Shown here: positions 9,491-18,532 of the stretch, in pieces
Layout of the letters: the number at the start of each line of letters is the position of its first letter
Position numbering within the stretch: the stretch's first letter is position 1
Virus record (IMG/VR): IMGVR_UViG_3300032323_001975
Location: 1-60,727 of that record
Strand: one strand, 5' to 3'
Source of the DNA: a virus
Taxonomy: Duplodnaviria; Caudoviricetes
DNA length: 60,727 bases
Program-made: the position numbers and the translations under genes
The notes under the pieces: model-generated
Databases searched by the model: none
The model's input: only the letters and a program-made list of their open reading frames with translations
Told to the model about the DNA's origin: nothing

Positions 9491-10962
9491 GAAAAAACTT
9501 TTACTCCATACATCTGCTCAAATCTATCTGCGTCTACACGATCATTGACCATCGGCTCTCCTCGAATATTTAAGCTAGTATTAAGTAACATTGGACAATC
9601 AGTTATTAAAAACCATTTCTCCAATAGCTCTCTTATTCCTGATCCATCTCGCGGAACCGTTTGAACTCTGCTGGTATCATCAGCATGGCATATAGCAGGG
9701 TAACGGTCAGGATACCTGCAACGAGCGACTGACTGCATATAACGACTAGTACTCCACCCAGGACTGAAATCAAAATACTGATCAGCCATTTCTTCAAGTA
9801 TGACAGGGGCAAAAGGTCTAAATTTTTGTCTGCGTTTAATTTCATTTACACGATCCTTAATATGAGGTCCTCTAGGGTCAGCAAGTAAACTTCGATTTCC
9901 TAATGCACGTGGCCCGAACTCAGCACGGCCGTTAGCCACCCCAACAATACCATCATTAAGTAAACTATCAAGTAGTCTATTCGTTGGGTACGCTCCGCTA
10001 ATTTCATGCCCAAGATAAGCGTTAACCCAGTTCAGACGACGACCATAAACGAGTGCTGCGGCACCAAGACTACTGCCGGCATCGCCGGGATTAGGCATAA
10101 TCCAAATGTTATCAAAGTATTCACCGAGGTTCCTATTTGCCAAACAATTTAAGGCTACTCCCCCCATATAAACAAGATTATTACTCCATTTAAAATCTCT
10201 TGCTCTACGCATTACATTATATATTAGTTTTTCAACAGTCTTTTGGGTAGCAGCAGCGATATCTGCTTTATGAACATTTTCGAATAACAAATTTTCAGTG
10301 CCTATATGCAAATTATGTTTAAATGTTGCTTCCCATTCATTATCAATTAAAGAATCTTGTAAGGATGCCGTATACCCTGTTTTACCATAAGCACTCATTC
10401 CCATTAAGATATATTCATCCTCGTTGGGTTTCAGTCCTACTTGTTCAGTCATTGCCGAGTAAAACAATCCAATGCTATGAGGATATTTTTGTGACCATAA
10501 TTTTTTATAATATGCATAGCCCTGGCTATCATACTTAGCACCAAAAATACTAATAGTATCCCACTCGCCAATTGCGTCAATCACTACAACTGTAGCATGA
10601 TTATACAAACTTGTTTGGAATCCTGCTGCCGCATGACTTAAATGATGATCAAAAGAATGAATAGAACAATTATATTTCTTTTTTAATTCTTGTGCTACAC
10701 ATTGAGTCGCAGTTAATCTATCCCATTGTATTCCTTCGCCAGAATACATTCTGCGTAGTTGTTTTTTCCAGGGTTTCTCATAGTAAGCTAAAGCATTGAT
10801 ACTGTATTGTTCTAAATCCTTAAATAGATCAGGACTAATATGAGCATCGTTTTTTAATTTACTATAACGCTCACTATGTGCAGCAAACAATATATCACCT
10901 TGTCTATTCACCACACTTACAGCAGCATCATGAAATCCCGCACTTATTCCTAATATGTTCAT
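9487..10962 (-). CDS. O-carbamoyltransferase (NodU/CmcH/TobZ family)
   Basis: HDAA, SERYSK.K, HHLSHAA, GGVALN, PGDAGSSLGAA, GRAEFGPRALGNRSLLADP, IKRRQKFRPFAP, LNTSLN.RGEP. Confidence 0.95.
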   Translation of the reverse strand: MNILGISAGFHDAAVSVVNRQGDILFAAHSERYSKLKNDAHISPDLFKDLEQYSINALAYYEKPWKKQLRRMYSGEGIQWDRLTATQCVAQELKKKYNCSIHSFDHHLSHAAAGFQTSLYNHATVVVIDAIGEWDTISIFGAKYDSQGYAYYKKLWSQKYPHSIGLFYSAMTEQVGLKPNEDEYILMGMSAYGKTGYTASLQDSLIDNEWEATFKHNLHIGTENLLFENVHKADIAAATQKTVEKLIYNVMRRARDFKWSNNLVYMGGVALNCLANRNLGEYFDNIWIMPNPGDAGSSLGAAALVYGRRLNWVNAYLGHEISGAYPTNRLLDSLLNDGIVGVANGRAEFGPRALGNRSLLADPRGPHIKDRVNEIKRRQKFRPFAPVILEEMADQYFDFSPGWSTSRYMQSVARCRYPDRYPAICHADDTSRVQTVPRDGSGIRELLEKWFLITDCPMLLNTSLNIRGEPMVNDRVDADRFEQMYGVKVFS

Positions 10963-11575
10963 AAATTTTTTCGGCTATAATTTCATGTCCTTGCTCGAGC
11001 GGATGTCCATTTGGTCCATGTGGCGTCCCGTATGTCCATTTTGCTACACTAGTAAACATATTATCAACGAACATTGAATGATCAATTGCACTGATTAATC
11101 TCTCAAATTGTTTGTAATAATGAGTATGACTCAGCTGAGATCCACAAGCAACAAACATAACACAAGGTATTTTATGCAATTTACATAAACTTTGAATTAA
11201 AATAATTTGTCTAAGCCAATCTGCATAATAATATTTTGGAGTATCATATGCTGTCATGTATTTAATTAAATTAATTCTATGTGTTGGATCTTGTAGTTTG
11301 AATGCCTTATAATTTCTCCCGGCCCAAATATCATATATTCCAATGTCATCTGCAAATTCTTGCCTGTTACAATCTGACCACCCTATAATGATCAATTCGC
11401 TTTTATTATTCACAGCATCTATCGCTCGTTTGACCATCCGCTTGTTACCACTGGCCGGTTTTCCTAAATTTGTAATTTGCTTGCCTATTTTCTTAGACAG
11501 AACAGAAGGCCAGGCTTGCTCTTGGCTAGATAATTCATCGCCATATGTAAAACTATCACCAATTGCATAAATCAT
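10928..11575 (-). CDS. SGNH/GDSL-fold protein (esterase or acyltransferase-like)
   Basis: IGDSFTYG (block I), NLGKPASGN (block II), HPLEQGH (block V). Confidence 0.8.
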   Translation of the reverse strand: MIYAIGDSFTYGDELSSQEQAWPSVLSKKIGKQITNLGKPASGNKRMVKRAIDAVNNKSELIIIGWSDCNRQEFADDIGIYDIWAGRNYKAFKLQDPTHRINLIKYMTAYDTPKYYYADWLRQIILIQSLCKLHKIPCVMFVACGSQLSHTHYYKQFERLISAIDHSMFVDNMFTSVAKWTYGTPHGPNGHPLEQGHEIIAEKIYEHIRNKCGIS

Positions 11576-11673
11576 TTGTATATAAAAGGGTCTCTTTTAC
11601 GTAGTTCACGTAATTTACGTCTGTATTTTATTTCTAGTCTGATTCTAGACCAAAGATTTTTTAACCAATTCAT
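11572..11673 (-). CDS. 33-aa basic microprotein missing from the ORF track
   Basis: MNWLKNLWSRIRLEIKYRRKLRELRKRDPFIYK; fills the only apparent gap in the operon, and its TGA overlaps the next ATG (ATGA). Confidence 0.8.
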   Translation of the reverse strand: MNWLKNLWSRIRLEIKYRRKLRELRKRDPFIYK

Positions 11674-12193
11674 TGAATCGTTCTTTCATTAAATTTGCTG
11701 CATCTTGATGTGCTTGTTCAAGTGGATGATTTTCTTTTCCACAGTCGTACTTATTCTCTACAGCCCATTGATAAAAACCTCTTGGGCTTTCTGTTTGGTC
11801 CGGGCCCAGACCCGGTGGAAACATAAACCAATTTGTGTAATCTAACTTTCTTGTAATTACACAATTATCAGCACAAGTAAAGATATAAGGTATACTATAA
11901 TATTGTAGGTGATCTTGTAAATTCTTAATGTGAAAATCACTATCTAAAGTATTATCTCTGCTAGGCCAAGTCCAACACACCATAACTAGGTCGGGACTGG
12001 ACCAAACTAGCATTTCTCTAACTCTATACGCTATTTCTCTATTACCTAATCCAGGATAGGCTGCACACAAGTAATTATCTGCCAACAGCGCCGGAAAGGT
12101 TCTACGACTAAATCCGTCAGGTCCACCGTTAGGACTGTCGGCCAATTCGCTCCCCCATATAAAACTATCACCCCCGGCTAGAACTGTAGTCAT
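11645..12193 (-). CDS. SGNH/GDSL-fold protein, paralog
   Basis: GGDSFIWG, AYPGLGN, WTWPSR, HPLEQAH. Confidence 0.78.
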   Translation of the reverse strand: MTTVLAGGDSFIWGSELADSPNGGPDGFSRRTFPALLADNYLCAAYPGLGNREIAYRVREMLVWSSPDLVMVCWTWPSRDNTLDSDFHIKNLQDHLQYYSIPYIFTCADNCVITRKLDYTNWFMFPPGLGPDQTESPRGFYQWAVENKYDCGKENHPLEQAHQDAANLMKERFNELVKKSLV

Positions 12194-13262
12194 ATCCAGG
12201 TTTCATCATATCTATTTGCATCTGTTTGTAATTGCTATCCGACCAACTGTAATCAAATGTACTGCTCACTCCATCTACTTCAATTTTATAGATATCTAAA
12301 TGACTGCTAAGTATGCTCCATATGTCCTGATAATCTGTAGTTCCAAAACTACCTTGCAAATCTATCTGTCCAATCGGAAGATATCCTAGACTTAATCTAA
12401 TATCACTTGGATCTTTATTGTTTTTTATCAGCCATTCTCTAAACAAAATCTGTTCTTGATTATGCCACGGATGTTCTCCAGGGTAAACAACATCATTTCC
12501 CCATTCTACATCAAATTCACCACTATAATATTTTAGTTCTGTAACAGCCTCACACACTGTTTCTGTCAACACAGGAGCACCTTCATCTCGGTATACTTCA
12601 TATAATGTTTTTCCAATTTGTGTCCAGTGCATATATACCCCACCAAGAACACGGTTATACCCGTTTGTTAAAAACAATTGTCTATGATCATCTTTTAAAT
12701 CATAACGCTTGGCATTAATAAATGTTGTAATCTGACTTGGTCTAATCCAATAGGGCAATGTTCTGGCTTTTCTTTGACTTAATATCAAATTTTCTAATTC
12801 ATGGCAAATATTATTTAATTGCCTTATTGCGTATTTGGTTTCATAATTGGCCCGACGATAATAACTACTTAAATTCCCTACAGTGCCTTGTAATCTTTCA
12901 AAATGATTATGTAGAAGATTAAATATTTCGTGATTTGGGCCAAAATCATTATCTATTAATGTACTTGCCGGATATGACTCAGCAATGCAATAATCTCCAT
13001 GGAAAAAATTATTAATAATAGTTATATGTATTTCTAATTCTTTGCATAGATATTCTATAGTTCTTGCAGTTTTAGGAAATCCCATAAAACAAAAATTTTT
13101 TTCAAGTAGATTGTCATTACGCAATAACTCTTTTAGAGCAACGATCCAATCTCGTGCTAACGGATTTTCATGAGGAACTATAGTGTAGTCAATTTGATCA
13201 CTATAGTTTAACGGATTGCGTAATACTACTTTAACTGATGGAAGTCCACCACTCATATACAT
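12168..13262 (-). CDS. Hypothetical protein in the radical SAM cluster
   Basis: 364-aa ORF overlapping both neighbours; LLHNHFE and NNICHELE helices; start codon uncertain. Confidence 0.75.
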   Translation of the reverse strand: MYMSGGLPSVKVVLRNPLNYSDQIDYTIVPHENPLARDWIVALKELLRNDNLLEKNFCFMGFPKTARTIEYLCKELEIHITIINNFFHGDYCIAESYPASTLIDNDFGPNHEIFNLLHNHFERLQGTVGNLSSYYRRANYETKYAIRQLNNICHELENLILSQRKARTLPYWIRPSQITTFINAKRYDLKDDHRQLFLTNGYNRVLGGVYMHWTQIGKTLYEVYRDEGAPVLTETVCEAVTELKYYSGEFDVEWGNDVVYPGEHPWHNQEQILFREWLIKNNKDPSDIRLSLGYLPIGQIDLQGSFGTTDYQDIWSILSSHLDIYKIEVDGVSSTFDYSWSDSNYKQMQIDMMKPGYDYSSSRG

Positions 13263-14538
13263 CGGCTCTCTTTGATAATATTTCGTCCATAGTGATAGAC
13301 TGTGTACGAATAGATTCTAATTTTAACACACGAGCCTTACCCTTTGCAATACCTTGTTGATATTGTTCTTCGCCATATTGTTCTTGAAAGGTAGGGCGTG
13401 TCTTAAGCTGAACTAGTATATCCTTCATTGGTCCGGCTACTCCGGCGTTAATGATTTCATCTACCCAAGGATCTAATATCGTTCTAGGTAGGGCCAAAGG
13501 TGACATAACTATGTCCGGCGAAAAACTAAAGACAACCTTTGCCAGGATGTCAACGCCTAACTCGTCGGCTAACCGCTGCATATTTTTGACTTCAAACATA
13601 CCCGGGAGGGTAAGTGTGAAATCCAATCTCATTTGCCTCCGGTGCGTTGAGATTCTAATTCCTTTCTTAAAATTGTCAATCCATGTTTCATAATCAAGGC
13701 CTGTTCGGATATATTCTCCAATCTCTCCTGTACCATCGATACTGGCACAAATTTGCCAATCACGCAAATAATTGAGTATATCTTTATAAAGATTACAACC
13801 TCTATAATCAATGCGGCTAAGATTAGTATTGTATCTAGCATAAACACGTGGTCCATCTCCTAGTTCTATTATTCTTCGCATATACCGCCAATGCTGTTCG
13901 TACATTAACGGTTCACCTCCGACCCAATATATCTCTTCTACACGGTGGTTCTCTACTGCGTCTGCGAACTCTGCTTCAATTTGAGTTGTCTGGAACTGTT
14001 CAATATGCTTTTTGATCTCAGGTTTCATCCAATTGTTTTTTGGGTCCAACCAATTGACCATATCGTGTTGTCTTTGTTCACTTTCCCACGAACTGGACAA
14101 CATATCACCGCATGTGCGGCATTTAAAGTTACAGAGATTACTAAATCTATAATCCCAGGAAACAGGTTTCATAGTTGTATGTCCTGTTTCATCAGTGTTC
14201 TCTAACACCTGTAAATACTTATGTCCAAACAAATTATTAAAATAACTGCGGTAAACATCTGTATTAAGAAGTTTATTGTTACATACTTCACATTCTGATA
14301 ATGTTTCTCCGGCTAACATACGTCTACGTACACTACGCATATGTTCGCCATTCCAATGTTCTTCAAGTTTAATTGGTTTATACTGACCAGAGCCAGAAGC
14401 AGTGTCTATATACTGTTTAAAATTTTGTGAGGGTTCACGGCTTGCACAACAAAGACGTCTTTCTGTTTGTGGACTTAAATAGGTATGTGTCCATGGGGCC
14501 ATACATAATGTTTCTGGTCTATTCATAACCCATTGCAA
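13231..14538 (-). CDS. Radical SAM enzyme with N-terminal Twitch/SPASM-like domain (5 of 5)
   Basis: CMAPW..RLCC..ECEVC, then CNFKCRTC (CxxxCxxC) and GGEPL. Confidence 0.92.
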   Translation of the reverse strand: MQWVMNRPETLCMAPWTHTYLSPQTERRLCCASREPSQNFKQYIDTASGSGQYKPIKLEEHWNGEHMRSVRRRMLAGETLSECEVCNNKLLNTDVYRSYFNNLFGHKYLQVLENTDETGHTTMKPVSWDYRFSNLCNFKCRTCGDMLSSSWESEQRQHDMVNWLDPKNNWMKPEIKKHIEQFQTTQIEAEFADAVENHRVEEIYWVGGEPLMYEQHWRYMRRIIELGDGPRVYARYNTNLSRIDYRGCNLYKDILNYLRDWQICASIDGTGEIGEYIRTGLDYETWIDNFKKGIRISTHRRQMRLDFTLTLPGMFEVKNMQRLADELGVDILAKVVFSFSPDIVMSPLALPRTILDPWVDEIINAGVAGPMKDILVQLKTRPTFQEQYGEEQYQQGIAKGKARVLKLESIRTQSITMDEILSKRADVYEWWTSIS

Positions 14539-15733
14539 TAGCTATTTCTGGATGAGTATCTTTAAAATTTTGCCTGCGATACACGTCGGCCTTTTTCATT
14601 TTTCTAAGAAATTCTTCACCGTTACTACCTGGACCATTTTCTATAAATTGAATTATATTGTTTATTTCTTGCTGATATTTTGTTGATTTCCAAACAGTAT
14701 TTTGCAATTTGTTAATAACCATTTTTTTTGCGTTTAGAGTCATATATTGTATACTCATATGATCTGGACTATGTAACATGTTAAAATAAACATCTCCAAA
14801 TTTTTTTGTATTTGCCCAATCTAAAAGTTCATCTAGATAGTATACGTTTTGTATATTAACTGTAAAACAGAGTTGAGTAGTGATATTAGTCTGTGACTTT
14901 TTCATCATATGTACAGTATCAATAATCTCGTTGGCCTTTGTCCAATTGGCACCGTATCTTTCGTATTCAAATCTTTTTCCAACATTATCTACGCTAAATG
15001 CAATATCAACTCGACCAAAATCTTTCCACAAAGCAATTAAATCTTCAGGCCATTGTGTTGCATTAGTATTGTAATGTATATCGATGTGTTTACTATCACC
15101 TGTTTTAACAGCAAACTCGAGTAAATCAATGTGCTCTTGAATAAGAAAAGGTTCGCCGCCAGTAAATTCAAGGTACTTTATATTAGGTAATAATTGTCTT
15201 AGATTTTCCCAAAAAAGAGTATTTGGATTTTGTGGCCAGGCACCTTGTTTTAGCCATTGATAAGCAATATGCTGTTTTTTGTCATATCCAATTGGCATAT
15301 ACTTTAATTCTTCGTCTGCCCATTTACTACTAGACCACGACCCGCATATTCTACATTTTAAATTGCAAATATTACCTAACTTAAGATCAAGAAACCATAA
15401 CTGATTTGGATTATCGTTTTGCCAATCAACCAATGATACTAGTTCTTTTAATCTTACTTTGCTATTAATTCTTTTACTAGTTCTGCCTGCGGCCTCTTCG
15501 TCCCAACATAATTTGCAAGTGGCAGGTTTTTCTCCGGCAAGAAATTGTCTGCGAAGATTTTGCATATACTGGCTGTGATAGATAGTTTCTAAGGTATCTT
15601 TGTTTAAATCAAATTTAATTCCGTCGTTTTGTGTAATTTCTTCTCTAGCTAAACAACAAGGTCTAGCTGTACCTATCGGAGTAGTTTCTATGCTAATCCA
15701 CGGCAGCATACAAATTGTTTTAGGTAGATTCAT
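14519..15733 (-). CDS. Radical SAM enzyme with N-terminal Twitch/SPASM-like domain (4 of 5)
   Basis: CMLPW..RPCC..TCKLC, CNLKCRIC, TGGEPF, YNTN. Confidence 0.92.
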   Translation of the reverse strand: MNLPKTICMLPWISIETTPIGTARPCCLAREEITQNDGIKFDLNKDTLETIYHSQYMQNLRRQFLAGEKPATCKLCWDEEAAGRTSKRINSKVRLKELVSLVDWQNDNPNQLWFLDLKLGNICNLKCRICGSWSSSKWADEELKYMPIGYDKKQHIAYQWLKQGAWPQNPNTLFWENLRQLLPNIKYLEFTGGEPFLIQEHIDLLEFAVKTGDSKHIDIHYNTNATQWPEDLIALWKDFGRVDIAFSVDNVGKRFEYERYGANWTKANEIIDTVHMMKKSQTNITTQLCFTVNIQNVYYLDELLDWANTKKFGDVYFNMLHSPDHMSIQYMTLNAKKMVINKLQNTVWKSTKYQQEINNIIQFIENGPGSNGEEFLRKMKKADVYRRQNFKDTHPEIAIAMGYE

Positions 15734-17195
15734 TTAATATCTTCAATTCAGAAAAAGTATCCCAAAAATTTTCATTTCTTATACTATCTAGTTTTCGAAT
15801 TTCTTCCTTAAATTTTGGAAATAAATGACTATTGTCAGTTGCTTTGACAAAATTCAAAACACTTTTAAATCCGTTAGTAGCTCGTTTTAAACTATCCAAT
15901 TTCTCTATCCATTCTATATGTTGTTCGTATGCCGGAATAATAAAATCTTTTTTAAACCATTCGGGAAAAATATCTGCTCTATACCATTCGGGACTTAAAC
16001 AAAGATTAATATTTACATCGCCTGGTTTAATTAAACCAAGTTCTACCCATTCTTTGTGAAAATCTAAAACATGTAAAATATTCATTGCACTTACTGTTGG
16101 ATTAATATGAAAATCAACATGCGGTACTTCTTTTTTCATTAGTTTTCTATTTTCAATAACTTGCGTCCATTTTGTTCCTTTACGCATAAGTTCTCCACGT
16201 GCACCACTGGCATCTAAGCTGGCACCAAGACTTACACTTTTGAATTGTTTCCAATAATCCAAAACATGCTTATCTTTATATCTTAATTCACTGAAGTTTG
16301 AGTTATATAAAATTCTTACATCAGTCTTGCTGTGTTCAATCAACTTCTCTAACATAAAATAATGTTCTTTCATTATTAGAGGTTCGCCGCCGGCAAAATA
16401 AACTTGATCAAGGTATGGTATGTGCGGAAGCATTTGAGCTAACATTGCATCCTCGTCGCCTGCAGTATACTCGATTCGAGCCATTTCTCTTCCGAGCACG
16501 TCTGGTTTACGGTTATAAAGCTTGACATGATCGTTATACCAGTTACTACTGAAAATAGGTCCACAACTACGACAACTAAAATTACAAAGGTTAGAAAATC
16601 TTACATCCCAATACCTTATTTTAAATTCTGGATGAGTGCCATCCTCTTTAGTTAATTTGACTTCTTCAATATGATGTCCGTAATTTCTATTTGCATCGTT
16701 TCTCATACTGAAAAATCCATTTCGTTCATGCTCATAACATTTACTACATTCTTTACTTTCTGTATTGTTTAACATGTTCAAACGTATTTGTTTATATGGA
16801 CCTTGATTCCAGACTTGCTGCATTGTATGCTTTCTAAGGTCTCCCACTGGATGCCAATAATCGCTTAGACAACATGGATAAGCACGACCATCCGGAAAAG
16901 CATGCATATGAGTCCACGGCAACATACAAAAAGACTTACTTTTTGTGAGCATGTATAATTCTTTTTCCGTAAAAATTTTATCTTTTGCATACATTGGCAT
17001 TAACGAAAGATAATCGTAATCTGTTTTATAAATATGTTCAGATTTGTTTTCAAGTTCAGTGATTTCTTTTTTTATTTCTAAATTAGTGATTTCCGTATTT
17101 TGAATATAGTCTTCATAACTAGGCCAGTCTTCACCGGCAAATTTATTATAAAAATCTTTTTGTAACTTATGTTTACTCATAATGTCTGATACCAA
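15720..17195 (-). CDS. Radical SAM enzyme with N-terminal Twitch/SPASM-like domain and N-terminal extension (3 of 5)
   Basis: CMLPW..YPCC..ECSKC, CNFSCRSC, AGGEPL. Confidence 0.92.
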   Translation of the reverse strand: MVSDIMSKHKLQKDFYNKFAGEDWPSYEDYIQNTEITNLEIKKEITELENKSEHIYKTDYDYLSLMPMYAKDKIFTEKELYMLTKSKSFCMLPWTHMHAFPDGRAYPCCLSDYWHPVGDLRKHTMQQVWNQGPYKQIRLNMLNNTESKECSKCYEHERNGFFSMRNDANRNYGHHIEEVKLTKEDGTHPEFKIRYWDVRFSNLCNFSCRSCGPIFSSNWYNDHVKLYNRKPDVLGREMARIEYTAGDEDAMLAQMLPHIPYLDQVYFAGGEPLIMKEHYFMLEKLIEHSKTDVRILYNSNFSELRYKDKHVLDYWKQFKSVSLGASLDASGARGELMRKGTKWTQVIENRKLMKKEVPHVDFHINPTVSAMNILHVLDFHKEWVELGLIKPGDVNINLCLSPEWYRADIFPEWFKKDFIIPAYEQHIEWIEKLDSLKRATNGFKSVLNFVKATDNSHLFPKFKEEIRKLDSIRNENFWDTFSELKILNEST

Positions 17196-18532
17196 TCTGC
17201 TATAACAGGAAATGTATTTACAAAGTTTTTATTGCGGCGCTGATCATATTGTGTATAGAATTGCTTAAAATCGTTTCTTAATTTAGGTAAATCAAATGCT
17301 TCGCTGTGTGGTGTTTTAACCACATCTAAATAATCTACAAGTCTCTGTAGCTGATTCCATTCATATTCATGTAAGTAATTACTGCCTCTATGGTTAGTCA
17401 TAAACTGATCAAGTTGATCTCTATACTTGGTACGTAGCTCATCAGGTAATACTAATGCAGATTGAAAACTAGGAAAGCGTAGTATGTTTAACGAAAAATT
17501 AACTGCATCCTTGCCATAACAAATTTTCCAATTGATTACACATTCTAAAAAGTCTACTAGACTGTCCAAACACAATGCATTTATGGTACACATAATATGC
17601 AATGCTCTTAATTTATTATCAATTTGATTATCAAGTATGAGCTCTACAGTATTAGCCCAATCGTCCCAAACCAATCCATCTCTAATATACTCTGCATGAC
17701 TGCCGACACTTTCATTACTAGTGTATAGGTCAATGGGTGAGTCCACACTGTTAAATAGACGATCGAGATCAACTTGAGCTCCTAGATTAGAATTAATTGC
17801 CAATCTTGTTTTGCTTCGGCCTCGATTATTTTTAAACCAATCGAGTAATTGCCAGGTATATCCTGACATCAATGGTTCACCTCCGGTAATTCTCAATTCA
17901 TTTAAGGTTCTGTGGAGATCTGATTCCCACCATTGGAAGAAGGCCGTGACGTATGGGTTATTTTCACCAAATTTAAAAAGCTGCGAACTGTCATGGCTAT
18001 GAGTAAAATGATTCCTACCGTCAGACACCAGATCCACGTAGGGTCCATTGTTATTAATGTCTTTGACCCAAGTACTACTGAACGCAGGATTGCAATAAGA
18101 GCAAGCAAACTGACAAGTACGGTCAAAACTGATTTCAAGAGTGCGAAGATTGACATCTTCTGTTGGGGATGTTCTAAATGCATTATCAAGATCCTCATCT
18201 GAATAAATTACTGTTTTGTAAACACGATCGCTAATATTGTCGCGCCCGATGTCTTCTATCTTCCAGCAGTATTCACAACCTGCAGGTCTTTCACCTGCTT
18301 GCATTTGACGACGCTCCTCTTTCTTTTTAACAGTATTATGCAATGCACGAGGATTTGCTTGCACTTCTTCCACACCAACTCGATGAGGCAACGGATGATG
18401 ACAACTCGTGGTCATGCCACTGCCTAACCATATAGTAGCGTTATACCATTTTGCTCCGCAGAATGATTCGGACTTAATGTCGATTACTCTACGCTTGTAT
18501 TCTAAATCTGTTTCGTTATTAATTTTGGGCAT
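17177..18532 (-). CDS. Radical SAM enzyme with N-terminal Twitch-like domain (2 of 5)
   Basis: CGAKW..SCHHP..GCEYC, CQFACSYC, TGGEPL. Confidence 0.92.
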   Translation of the reverse strand: MPKINNETDLEYKRRVIDIKSESFCGAKWYNATIWLGSGMTTSCHHPLPHRVGVEEVQANPRALHNTVKKKEERRQMQAGERPAGCEYCWKIEDIGRDNISDRVYKTVIYSDEDLDNAFRTSPTEDVNLRTLEISFDRTCQFACSYCNPAFSSTWVKDINNNGPYVDLVSDGRNHFTHSHDSSQLFKFGENNPYVTAFFQWWESDLHRTLNELRITGGEPLMSGYTWQLLDWFKNNRGRSKTRLAINSNLGAQVDLDRLFNSVDSPIDLYTSNESVGSHAEYIRDGLVWDDWANTVELILDNQIDNKLRALHIMCTINALCLDSLVDFLECVINWKICYGKDAVNFSLNILRFPSFQSALVLPDELRTKYRDQLDQFMTNHRGSNYLHEYEWNQLQRLVDYLDVVKTPHSEAFDLPKLRNDFKQFYTQYDQRRNKNFVNTFPVIADWYQTL

